NCBI GenBank assembly: GCA_045596985.1
Contig: JAZODM010000044.1
Span: forward strand, 6,222 to 70,221
Direction: 5' to 3'
DNA: 64,000 nucleotides
Source: Clostridia bacterium
Lineage (GTDB): Bacteria; Bacillota; Clostridia; UMGS1883
Shown here: in pieces, positions 37,058 to 46,046 of the stretch
How the letters are laid out: each line of letters begins with the position of its first letter
How positions within the stretch are numbered: the stretch's first letter is position 1
Position numbers and translations under genes: made by a program
Notes under the pieces: generated by a model
The model's input: only the letters and a program-made list of their open reading frames with translations
Told to the model about the DNA's origin: nothing
The model's database searches: none

Positions 37058-37624
37058 TTGATTTATGCAATTTTGGCAGTGATTATTATTGCTATCATAT
37101 TGTGTGTCCCCGTTAAAGCGGACTTATCCTTTAAGGATAAAAGGATGGGGGGCAGGATTTTTCTTTGGAAAATACCAATATATAAAATATCTTTCGCAGA
37201 TAAAAAAGAAAAAGGCAAAGTACGAAAATCGCCGGAGGAAAAGGCAAAGACCTTTGAAAAATCGTCAAAAAAGCTTGGCGAGAGGATAAAGGAGTTTGCA
37301 TCGTTATGCCGCACCGCGGTAAGGCTTATAAGAAAGTTTGTAAGGCTTGAAAACATATCCGTCAATATATGTATCGGCACGGGTGAGGCGGCAACAACTG
37401 CGATAAGCACCGGCGCATTATGGGCGGCGGTATACGCTCTTTTGGGAGCTATAGGACGGATAATGTTTATTGATAAGCACGATGTAAAAATAAATCCAGA
37501 ATATTCGCGCGCCGTATTTACCGCAGAGGGTAAATGCATAATTAGGAGCCGTATTGTTTATATTATAATTATTGCGATAACAATTTTGATAAAAATAAAA
37601 TCCCTAAAGGGTAAGGAGGAGTAA
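37058..37624 (+). CDS. DUF2953 (YtfI-like) sporulation-associated membrane protein
   Basis: N-terminal TM segment and a conserved position between scpB and gerW in spore-forming Firmicutes. Confidence 0.55.
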   Translation: MIYAILAVIIIAIILCVPVKADLSFKDKRMGGRIFLWKIPIYKISFADKKEKGKVRKSPEEKAKTFEKSSKKLGERIKEFASLCRTAVRLIRKFVRLENISVNICIGTGEAATTAISTGALWAAVYALLGAIGRIMFIDKHDVKINPEYSRAVFTAEGKCIIRSRIVYIIIIAITILIKIKSLKGKEE

Positions 37625-37626
37625 AT

Positions 37627-38007
37627 ATGGGAGAGCATCCTATTAACAACTTGATGGGTACTGTGATGGAAAACATTAAAGGAATGATTGATGTAAATAC
37701 AATCATTGGTGACCCTGTTGAAACAACTAACGGAACAATGATTATCCCGATTTCAAAGGTGGGCTTTGGCTTTGCTGCGGGTGGAAGTGATATTCCTGCA
37801 AAGCAGGGTGAGGCGCAGCCCTTTGGCGGCGGCAGCGGCGCGGGCGTTTCAATTTCGCCTATCGGATTTTTGGTGGTAACGCCCGAGCAGATTAAGCTTA
37901 TCCCCGTATCTTCAAACAATACCCCGCTGGATAAGCTTGTGGACTATATTCCCGTTGCTTTTGAGAAGGTAAATACTCTTATAAAGAAAAACAAGGACGA
38001 AAACTGA
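37627..38007 (+). CDS. ytfJ: GerW/YtfJ family sporulation protein
   Basis: A 126-aa protein with a Gly-rich core (GFGFAAGGSD...GGGSGAGVSISPIGFLVV). Confidence 0.8.
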   Translation: MGEHPINNLMGTVMENIKGMIDVNTIIGDPVETTNGTMIIPISKVGFGFAAGGSDIPAKQGEAQPFGGGSGAGVSISPIGFLVVTPEQIKLIPVSSNNTPLDKLVDYIPVAFEKVNTLIKKNKDEN

Positions 38008-38013
38008 TTATGA

Positions 38014-38047
38014 GGGGTGTGACAAGATTATTTTGTCACACCCTTTT
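38014..38047 (+). terminator. rho-independent terminator after gerW
   Basis: ggggtgtgacaa-gattatt-ttgtcacaccc followed by tttt. Confidence 0.8.
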
Positions 38048-38322
38048 AGGCATAAGGGAGTCGAACCCGATATGGTTTAAAAACAGAAATTTCGTATAAT
38101 ACTGCAGAAAATTCTGCAAATATACGACAGTATTATTCTTGAATTTTCTTTGTCTTATAACAAAATTTCTTGTTTTTAAACTCTTCGACCTTAAACGCAG
38201 GAAAATTTAATATAATTTTTATGCGAAGGACGAAGATAGGCTGACGCCTTTCGAGGACGACAAATAAAAAGAATAAAAATTTAACAAGTTTAAGGCATAT
38301 TGGGTTCGACTCCCTTATGCCT
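38048..38322. mobile_element. MITE-like non-coding element with 27-bp terminal inverted repeats (1 mismatch)
   Basis: Left IR aggcataagggagtcgaacccgatatg at 38048-74. Right IR catattgggttcgactcccttatgcct at 38296-322. No ORF inside. It contains the 38-nt module shared with the mreC upstream region. Confidence 0.55.
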
Positions 38323-38345
38323 AAATAAAAGGAGGGAGTACATAT

Positions 38346-39788
38346 ATGAAAAGAACAGTTGCGATTATTATTTGCGTGGTTATGCTTTTGTGCAGTGTGA
38401 GTGTTGGGGCGCAGACAGATTTTCTTACACAGATGTATACAAACTATACGGGGGATTATACTGTAAGCATAAGCTTTGAGGGTGCAGATGATGTATATGC
38501 GCTTTTAGGGGAAATACAAATCCCAAAAGAGGTGGAAAATTTTATTGATATAAAAGCGCTTTTAAAAACGCTTTTGTCGCTGGATACAAAAATGCTTTTG
38601 CAACTTGATATGAGCAGCGATATGAAAAAAGCTAAAATGGCACTTACTGCAGATTCTGCGCAGGATATAGACATTAATAAAAATCTTAATATCGCAGTAA
38701 ATTCCAAATACGGTATGTGGATGAATATGGATTTGTCAGATGCAGAGAAGCCGATAATGCAAATCATATATTCCTACCCGTATACAAACAAGTATATGGT
38801 AGTTGATGCACTAAAAACACTTGCCGACGAGGAAGCTAAGGCGGACTTTGTGAAGACAATGTCTATGATTTTTAATAAGGAGTTTATGACTGCAATCAAC
38901 ACCTACAGTGCGCAAGTTCTCCAAAAATATGCAGATATAAAGCAGTCTGCAGGAAAATGCATTATCAAGCTTGATAACGAGGCCCTTGTCGGAATGATAA
39001 AAGAGGTAATTCCGTATATTTTCGGTCAGATGAGGGGTATTCTTTCATCAATGGGCGCAGATGGTGAAGAGGTAGGATACTTTCTGGAGGGTCTTGAGAA
39101 GTTACCGCTTGAAAATATAAAGCTTTTAGGCGATAAAGGAATAACATATACATATATTCTTAAAAACGGAAAAATTTCTTCGGTTAACACCGATGCAGAT
39201 ATATGCATTGATATATCGGGTATATACGAGAGCCTTACGGGAATAAAGTGGAATTATATAGCAAGCGGCGCGCTTAAATTTGCGGTTAAGTCATCAGTGG
39301 CTATATCTAAAATTAATTCTACTACAGTAACCTTGCCAAAGCTTACAGAGGAAAATTCGTTCTCCCTGACGCAGATGCTTGTGCAGCCGGAAATTCCGGC
39401 AGATGTTGAAGAAATGCCCGTTTTTCCGAATTGGTGGGCAGGGGGATATAGTGCAAATCTCCCCATAATTGATGGCGAGATTTATGTTCCGCTTCGCGCG
39501 ACGCTTGAAGCTGCATATGAGGACAATGTGACGATTTCTTTTGACAGCGGCGTTATAACTGCAAGCAGTGAATATTTCCCGTCGTTTAAATCTTTAAAGC
39601 TTACAGTTGGAAGTGGCAGCGTGTACGCAGATGAAAATGAATTTACTACCGGCACAGTCCTTCTTGAAAATGGCGTTACATATGTCAGCAGTAAGCTTTT
39701 TGAAGAGCTTTTCGCTTGGCAGCTTTCAGGAGCAAGCTATGATATTCTTACAAACGAATATTGGTATGAATTTTATACAACGGAATAA
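38346..39788 (+). CDS. secreted hypothetical protein with C-terminal copper-amine-oxidase-N-terminal-like (stalk) domain
   Basis: Signal peptide MKRTVAIIICVVMLLCSVSVGA. The C-terminal GEIYVPLRATLEAAYEDNVTISFD resembles the Cu_amine_oxidN1 fold. Confidence 0.55.
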   Translation: MKRTVAIIICVVMLLCSVSVGAQTDFLTQMYTNYTGDYTVSISFEGADDVYALLGEIQIPKEVENFIDIKALLKTLLSLDTKMLLQLDMSSDMKKAKMALTADSAQDIDINKNLNIAVNSKYGMWMNMDLSDAEKPIMQIIYSYPYTNKYMVVDALKTLADEEAKADFVKTMSMIFNKEFMTAINTYSAQVLQKYADIKQSAGKCIIKLDNEALVGMIKEVIPYIFGQMRGILSSMGADGEEVGYFLEGLEKLPLENIKLLGDKGITYTYILKNGKISSVNTDADICIDISGIYESLTGIKWNYIASGALKFAVKSSVAISKINSTTVTLPKLTEENSFSLTQMLVQPEIPADVEEMPVFPNWWAGGYSANLPIIDGEIYVPLRATLEAAYEDNVTISFDSGVITASSEYFPSFKSLKLTVGSGSVYADENEFTTGTVLLENGVTYVSSKLFEELFAWQLSGASYDILTNEYWYEFYTTE

Positions 39789-39804
39789 AAATTTATGAAA
39801 GTAA

Positions 39805-39860
39805 AATAATAGAAAGGACTAAAGCTTGATAAAAGGCTTTAGTCCTTTCTATTATTAAAA
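39805..39860 (+). terminator. rho-independent terminator (21-bp perfect stem)
   Basis: aataatagaaaggactaaagc...gctttagtcctttctattatt. Confidence 0.8.
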
Positions 39861-39874
39861 AGAAGGTAATTAAT

Positions 39875-40741
39875 ATGAGTAAAGGCAGAAGAAAAATCAT
39901 TTATGATGTATTATACGATATAGCAGGCTCGTTTGCCCTTGCAACGGGTATATATTGTTTTGCAGAAAAAGTAAATATAGCACCGGGCGGGGCGAGCGGT
40001 ATTGCAATTATGATTAAGTACCTGACGGGACTTCCTGTGGGACTTCTGATACTTGTTATAAATATTCCATTGGTGTTGGTTGCATTTAAGTTTTTGGGGA
40101 AGAGATTTACGCTGCGGACACTGAGAACTCTTTTAATCAGCACAGTTATACTTGACGCTATTGTAACGCCTTTCTTTCCGCAATATTCGGGTGACCGTAT
40201 GCTCGGCTCGATTTTCGGCGGTGTATGTATGGGCAGCGGTCTTGGCGTAATCTTTTTGCGCGGGTCATCTACCGCAGGAACAGATATTGTATCATACCTT
40301 GTGGAGCAAAAACATCCACATATACAGATTGGTAAGGCAATGATGTTTGTAGACGGAGTTATTATAGCACTGTCGGCAGTTGTATTCAGAGATGTAGAGG
40401 CTGCGCTTTTTGGCGTTGTATCGCTCTTTTGTCAAACGAGGATAGTCAACCAAATTGTATACGGGTCAGAAAAGGGCAGAAACATATTGGTAATCTCGGA
40501 AAAGACCGAGGAAATTGCACAGCGTATTTTACTTGAAAAAAACCGTGGAGCGACATTTTTGAATGCGCAGGGTGCATATTCAAAAAAGCCGTCCAAGGTA
40601 TTAATGTGCGTTGTACGTGTGTGGGAATATCACGAAATAAAAGAAATAATATACGAGGAGGACTCAAAAGCCTTCGTAATAGCATCGGAGGCGGAGCATA
40701 TAATGGGCGAAGGCTTTTCAATTCCTCAAAAAAAGAAGTAA
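39875..40741 (+). CDS. YitT family membrane protein (DUF161 + DUF2179)
   Basis: Paired DUF161 TM repeats and a C-terminal DUF2179 domain. Confidence 0.8.
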   Translation: MSKGRRKIIYDVLYDIAGSFALATGIYCFAEKVNIAPGGASGIAIMIKYLTGLPVGLLILVINIPLVLVAFKFLGKRFTLRTLRTLLISTVILDAIVTPFFPQYSGDRMLGSIFGGVCMGSGLGVIFLRGSSTAGTDIVSYLVEQKHPHIQIGKAMMFVDGVIIALSAVVFRDVEAALFGVVSLFCQTRIVNQIVYGSEKGRNILVISEKTEEIAQRILLEKNRGATFLNAQGAYSKKPSKVLMCVVRVWEYHEIKEIIYEEDSKAFVIASEAEHIMGEGFSIPQKKK

Positions 40742-40768
40742 CAAAGCGGCAATTTATGCCGTTTTGTT
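40740..40768. terminator. bidirectional terminator between yitT-like (+) and cobO (-)
   Basis: aacaaagcggc-aatttat-gccgttttgtt. Confidence 0.6.
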
Positions 40769-40780
40769 ACTTCTTGTAGT

Positions 40781-41299
40781 TTAATATTCAATTCCGTATC
40801 TTGCACCAATTCCTTTTTCGTAAGGATGACGCACTGCCTTGATCTCGCTTATATAATCGGCATACTCAAATAGCTCCTCGGGACAGTCGCGCCCCGTCAT
40901 TACTACTTCGAGAAAGTCGGGTTTGTTTTTCAAAAGACCTATTAAAAGATCCTTGTCAACTATACCGCACTTTGCAGCAACGAGCGCTTCATCAAGGGCG
41001 ATTAAATCATAGCACTCTGTAAGTGCAATGTTAAAAATCTCTTTAAGATGGGCATTAGCCTCTTTTCTTGCAGCCTCAACCTCGGAAGGGGACATTTGCG
41101 GTAAAAAGCCTTCAAAGGGGGTGCATTTAAAGATTGTAAATGCGTTTTCACAGAGACATTCACCACTTGAAAAGTCCTTCATAAATGAAGTAAACCCAAC
41201 CTTATACCCACGCAGAGCGGCGCGGTAACATAACCCTACTGCGGCAGTTGTTTTACCCTTGCCGTCGCCCGTATAGATATGAATTAATCCCTTTTTCAT
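40781..41299 (-). CDS. cobO: cob(I)yrinic acid a,c-diamide adenosyltransferase (CobA/CobO/BtuR family)
   Basis: P-loop GDGKGKTTAA and a ~172-aa length typical of BtuR. Confidence 0.85.
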   Translation of the reverse strand: MKKGLIHIYTGDGKGKTTAAVGLCYRAALRGYKVGFTSFMKDFSSGECLCENAFTIFKCTPFEGFLPQMSPSEVEAARKEANAHLKEIFNIALTECYDLIALDEALVAAKCGIVDKDLLIGLLKNKPDFLEVVMTGRDCPEELFEYADYISEIKAVRHPYEKGIGARYGIEY

Positions 41300-41302
41300 T
41301 TC

Positions 41303-42541
41303 TTATTCGTAAATGGGGAACTTTTCGCAAAGAGCACAAACCTCTGCAGTGATTTTTTCCTTGTTAGCTTCAAAATCAGTTGCAACGAGCTTCATCCATT
41401 TTGCAATAAGCTTCATTTCATTTTCCTTAAAGCCTCTGGAGGTTACTGCGGGAGCACCTACACGGATACCGCTTGTAACAAAGGGGCTTTGCTTATCATT
41501 GGGGATAGCATTCTTGTTAACGGTGATATGCACCTCATCAAGACGTCTTTCCATTTCTTTACCTGTAATATCAAAGGGGCAAAGGTCAATAAGCATAAGG
41601 TGGTTATCAGTATCGTCTGAAACAACGTTGAAGCCTTCTTCCTTGAGTGCTTCACACAAAACCTTTGCATTCTTTATAATCTGCTTTTGATATTCTTTAA
41701 ATTCATCTGTAAGTGCTTCACCAAATGCAACTGCTTTAGCCGCAATTATGTGCATAAGGGGGCCACCCTGTGTTCCGGGGAATACTGCCTTGTCAATCTG
41801 CTTTGCATACTGCTCCTTGCAAAGGATAAGACCGCCGCGGGCGCCACGACGTGTCTTGTGCGTTGTTGTTGTAACAACATCAGCATAGGGAACAGGACTT
41901 GGGTGAAGACCTGCCGCAACAAGACCTGCGATGTGCGCCATATCAACCATAAGGATAGCGCCAACCTCATCAGCAACAGCACGGAATGCAGCAAAGTCAA
42001 TTGTTCTTGAATATGCGCTGGCACCTGCAACGATAAGCTTCGGCTTACATTCAAGGGCGATTTCACGCATCTTATCATAATCAATTGTGCCTGTTTCATC
42101 GTCAACACCGTAGGGAACAATGTTAAAATACTTACCGCTGATATTAACGGGTGAACCGTGTGAAAGATGACCGCCGTGTGCAAGATTCATACCCATAACT
42201 GTATCACCGGGCTGAAGGAATGCAAAAAATACCGCAAGGTTTGCATTTGCACCGCTGTGGGGCTGTACGTTTGCATGCTCAGCACCGAAAAGCTTTTTAG
42301 CACGCTCAATAGCAAGGGTTTCAACCTCGTCAACGCACTGGCAGCCGCCATAGTAACGCTTTCCGCTATAACCCTCGGCATATTTGTTTGTAAGAACTGT
42401 TCCTGCAGCTAAGAGAACTGCCTTTGAAACAATATTCTCTGATGCAATAAGCTCAATATTATGTCTCTGACGGGTAAGCTCTTTATTGCAGGCTTCAAAA
42501 ACCTCGCTGTCAAAACCTTTAAGCTCGTCAAAAAAGTTCAT
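41303..42541 (-). CDS. glyA: serine hydroxymethyltransferase
   Basis: The PLP-Lys region [14 protein letters not shown], 412 aa. Confidence 0.95.
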   Translation of the reverse strand: MNFFDELKGFDSEVFEACNKELTRQRHNIELIASENIVSKAVLLAAGTVLTNKYAEGYSGKRYYGGCQCVDEVETLAIERAKKLFGAEHANVQPHSGANANLAVFFAFLQPGDTVMGMNLAHGGHLSHGSPVNISGKYFNIVPYGVDDETGTIDYDKMREIALECKPKLIVAGASAYSRTIDFAAFRAVADEVGAILMVDMAHIAGLVAAGLHPSPVPYADVVTTTTHKTRRGARGGLILCKEQYAKQIDKAVFPGTQGGPLMHIIAAKAVAFGEALTDEFKEYQKQIIKNAKVLCEALKEEGFNVVSDDTDNHLMLIDLCPFDITGKEMERRLDEVHITVNKNAIPNDKQSPFVTSGIRVGAPAVTSRGFKENEMKLIAKWMKLVATDFEANKEKITAEVCALCEKFPIYE

Positions 42542-42628
42542 TTAAAACACTCCTTTGTAAAAATACATACGTATAGTATATATTAAAATATATTTCTTTT
42601 CAACATAATTCTACTAAATAAATTAAAT

Positions 42629-44050
42629 TTATTTTCCACGAACTCGCTCAAGACGGATAGTATTTGTTTCGCCTGACCTGCCGCTTGTCGTTCCGCCCAC
42701 GATTATTATATTATCTCCGCTTTTAAGATTAAGTGTTTTGGTGGTTTTGCGTGCGGCACTGTAAAACATTACCTCGGCAGATGGATACTCCTCGCACAAT
42801 ACGGGAATTACACCCCACGAAAGGGCAAGCTTACGCCATACACGCTTACTTGTGGTAAGGCCTACTATGTCAACAACGGGGCGAAATCTGGATACCATTC
42901 GTGCCGTTTTTCCTGAGAGGGAGCAAACTGCAATCGCCTTGGCTTCAATACCCAGTGCCATACTGCACGCAGAGTGGGATATAGCGTCAATATTGCTCTT
43001 TATCTCGAATTCTGTTTTGTGGAAACGCTTGTCATAGTGAATATGGTTTTCCGTTTCCTCACAGATGGCTGACATTATCTCGACAGTTTGCACGGGATAT
43101 TTTCCTGCCGCAGTTTCTCCTGAAAGCATTACGGCACTCGTTCCGTCATACACGGCATTTGCAACGTCGGAAATTTCCGCGCGTGTGGGGCGGGCGTTAT
43201 AAATCATAGACTCGAGCATTTCTGTAGCAGTTATAATGCGCTTTCCGAGCATACGGCAAACTGTAACAAGCTTCTTTTGCACCGCGGGAAGCTCCTGAAA
43301 AGGAATTTCAACACCCAAATCTCCGCGTGCAATCATAACACCCTCGCAGATTTCGCAAATTTCATAGATGTTATCCACACCGCTCTGGTTTTCTATTTTT
43401 GCAACAAGGCCTATATCGCTGCCGCCATTTTCATCAAGGAAATTCTTCATATCAAGCATATCCTGCTTCGAAGATACAAACGATGCTGCAATATAGTCAA
43501 TGTCATTTTCAATACCGAAAAGGATATCGCTTTTATCCTGCTCGCTTAAAAACGCCTGCTTTAAAACCTTGCCCGGAAAGCTCATACTCTTCTGGTTTGA
43601 AAGCTCGCCACCCGTAATTACACGGCAGTGTGCCTCATTTTCAGAAAGCTCCTCAACTTCAAAGCTTACAAGACCGTTATTTACCAGTATTTTATCACCC
43701 CTGCAAAGGTCATCTATAAGTCCCTTGTAATTTACGCTGACCTTATTTTCGTCGCCTACAATATCCTCTGTAGTAAAGGTAAAGCTGTCGCCGTCATTTA
43801 AAAGAATTTTACCGTCCTTAAATGTCTTTATTCTGTATTCAGGTCCCTTGGTATCAAGCATTATGGCAATGGGAACATTAAGATTCTCCCTGACTTTTTT
43901 TATAAGCTCAATCATTTCCTTGTGCTGCTCGTGTGTGCCGTGGGAAAAGTTCAGGCGTGCAACATTCATACCGGCAAGGCACATTTTTGTAAGCACATCT
44001 TCGCTTTTGCAAGCAGGGCCAAGTGTGCAGATAATTTTCGTCTTTCTCAT
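42629..44050 (-). CDS. pyk: pyruvate kinase
   Basis: MRKTKIICTLGPA and MVARGDLGVEIP motifs. Confidence 0.95.
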   Translation of the reverse strand: MRKTKIICTLGPACKSEDVLTKMCLAGMNVARLNFSHGTHEQHKEMIELIKKVRENLNVPIAIMLDTKGPEYRIKTFKDGKILLNDGDSFTFTTEDIVGDENKVSVNYKGLIDDLCRGDKILVNNGLVSFEVEELSENEAHCRVITGGELSNQKSMSFPGKVLKQAFLSEQDKSDILFGIENDIDYIAASFVSSKQDMLDMKNFLDENGGSDIGLVAKIENQSGVDNIYEICEICEGVMIARGDLGVEIPFQELPAVQKKLVTVCRMLGKRIITATEMLESMIYNARPTRAEISDVANAVYDGTSAVMLSGETAAGKYPVQTVEIMSAICEETENHIHYDKRFHKTEFEIKSNIDAISHSACSMALGIEAKAIAVCSLSGKTARMVSRFRPVVDIVGLTTSKRVWRKLALSWGVIPVLCEEYPSAEVMFYSAARKTTKTLNLKSGDNIIIVGGTTSGRSGETNTIRLERVRGK

Positions 44051-44275
44051 ACAAATAAAATCCTTTCCTATTTATTATATACAGTATAACATAATTCCAA
44101 TATGTTTTCAATGTTAATATGTATGAAAATGGAAAGGAAAATTCACTTTTTTTGTGCGTGATGCATCTTTATAGGGGATTTTTGTCAAGGGAAGTTTTAT
44201 TAACAGTTGCAAAAGGGTAAAGAATATGATATAATACCTTAAAATAGATAACTATGCTTATTTGGAGGGGATTAT

Positions 44276-46042
44276 ATGCCGCTTGACGCGATTGCACTGG
44301 GTGCAATTGCCCATGAGCTTGGGTGTGAGCTTGAGGGCGCAAAAATTGAAAAAGTGCATCAGCCGGAGCGCGATGAAATCCTGCTTGTTATAAAAGGTCA
44401 CAAAGGGGCAAGAAAGCTTGTTATCAGCGCATCTTCTGCAAATGCGAGGATGCATCTTGTGGAGGAGAGCAAGGAAAACCCCGCAGTTCCGCCGATGTTT
44501 TGTATGCTCCTTCGTAAGCATCTTACGGGCGGAAAAATATGCAGTATAAAAAGGCTTGGCTACGAGAGGGCAGTTGATATTGAAATCTCGTGCAGAAACG
44601 AGCTGGGTGATCTTACGGTGCGGCATATAATTTGCGAAATTATGGGGCGGAACAGCAATATCATCTTCCTTGACGAGAACAGAAAAATCATTGACAGTGT
44701 AAAGCATATTGATTTAAGTGTAAGCTCGGTCAGAAATATTCTGCCCGGACTTTTATATATGATGCCGCCTGACGGGGGAAGGGTTAATCCGTCCTCGGCA
44801 ACGGAGGAGGATTTTTTCAACATCCTTATAAATTCGCCCGAAGGACGCGAGGCGGAGCGGGCAATAACCGATGCCGTTATGGGGATAAGTCCCCTTCTTG
44901 CAGGGGAGTGTGTGTTCCGTGCGTGCGGCAGCAGAAAATTAGTTATCGGGGAGCTTTCGCGTGATGATATAGAGAAAATCGCACGAGAGCTTTATGAAAT
45001 GTTCGAAAAGGCGGAAAATGCAGAGTTTTCACCATGCATTATCTTTTCTGAAGACGGAAAAAAGGCGGCGGATTTTGCGCCGTTTGAAATAAAGCAGTAT
45101 GGTACGCTGAGAAAATGCAAGGCGGCAGAAAGTATGAACAGTGCCGCGTGTGAGTTTTATTTTATGCGCGACCTGTACGCGCGTATGACTGACAGGAGCA
45201 GCACCATCACAAAGGTTATTACCAATAACCTGAAAAGGGCGGAGAAGAAGCTTAACATATTGCAGTCGGAGCTTAAAGAGGCGGAGAACAGGGAGCACCT
45301 TCGAATATGCGGCGACCTTATCACGGCAAACCTTTACAAAATGGAAAAAGGGGATAAGGTTTTGATTGCACAAAACTTCTATGATGAAGACCAGGCGGAA
45401 ATTGAAATTAAGCTTGACGTTACCCTTTCACCGTCAGAAAACGCAAAAAAGTATTATACAAGGTACAAGAAAGCAAAAAATACCCAAGCCTATGCCCAGG
45501 AGCAGATTAAAATAACCGTTGACGAGATTGCATATCTTGAATCGGTGCTTTACAGTGTGTCAAATGCGCAAACTGTAGCGCAGCTTGGTGAAATAAAGGC
45601 GGAGCTTGCACGTTACGGCTATATAAAGGGAGATGCGGGCAAAAAGAAAAAGGAAAAGCAGCCCCCCATGGGAAAGCCACTCCAGTTTGAGTATAACGGT
45701 TATACAATTTACGTTGGCAGAAATAATGTGCAGAACGATTATCTCACCCTTAAAATGGGGCGCAGCCGTGATTTGTGGCTGCATACGAAAAATATACCCG
45801 GCTCGCATACCCTTGTAAAGTATATGGGGGAGGAATTTCCAAACGATGTAATAGAGGTTGCGGCATCGATTGCGGCATTTTACTCCAAAGGAAAAAATGC
45901 GCCGTATGTAGAGGTGGATTACTGCCCGGTAAGCCACGTGAAAAAACCGTCGGGGGCAAAGGCAGGTATGGTAATCTATGAAGGATACAACACTGCATTT
46001 GTTATGCCTGACGGACAAAAAGCAGAAGAATTAAGGAAATGA
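44276..46042 (+). CDS. rqcH: ribosome quality-control factor RqcH (NFACT family; fibronectin-binding protein A homologue)
   Basis: NFACT-N (MPLDAIALGAIAHEL...), coiled coil, and a C-terminal NFACT-R domain. A TTGCAA-17-TATAAT promoter lies upstream. Confidence 0.85.
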   Translation: MPLDAIALGAIAHELGCELEGAKIEKVHQPERDEILLVIKGHKGARKLVISASSANARMHLVEESKENPAVPPMFCMLLRKHLTGGKICSIKRLGYERAVDIEISCRNELGDLTVRHIICEIMGRNSNIIFLDENRKIIDSVKHIDLSVSSVRNILPGLLYMMPPDGGRVNPSSATEEDFFNILINSPEGREAERAITDAVMGISPLLAGECVFRACGSRKLVIGELSRDDIEKIARELYEMFEKAENAEFSPCIIFSEDGKKAADFAPFEIKQYGTLRKCKAAESMNSAACEFYFMRDLYARMTDRSSTITKVITNNLKRAEKKLNILQSELKEAENREHLRICGDLITANLYKMEKGDKVLIAQNFYDEDQAEIEIKLDVTLSPSENAKKYYTRYKKAKNTQAYAQEQIKITVDEIAYLESVLYSVSNAQTVAQLGEIKAELARYGYIKGDAGKKKKEKQPPMGKPLQFEYNGYTIYVGRNNVQNDYLTLKMGRSRDLWLHTKNIPGSHTLVKYMGEEFPNDVIEVAASIAAFYSKGKNAPYVEVDYCPVSHVKKPSGAKAGMVIYEGYNTAFVMPDGQKAEELRK

Positions 46043-46046
46043 TATT

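Noticed and set aside
38048-38322. Possible tRNA or tmRNA gene, because of the GGTTCGA(C)TCC T-loop-like motif in both inverted repeats
   Set aside because: No acceptor stem, D-arm or anticodon arm can be built. The T-stem has only 3 bp, and the motif lies within a perfect inverted repeat. It is more parsimonious as the end of a tRNA-derived repeat element.
44258-44707. 149-aa minus-strand ORF overlapping the rqcH start
   Set aside because: It overlaps the rqcH N-terminus and its promoter. No RBS is present and the coding statistics are poor.
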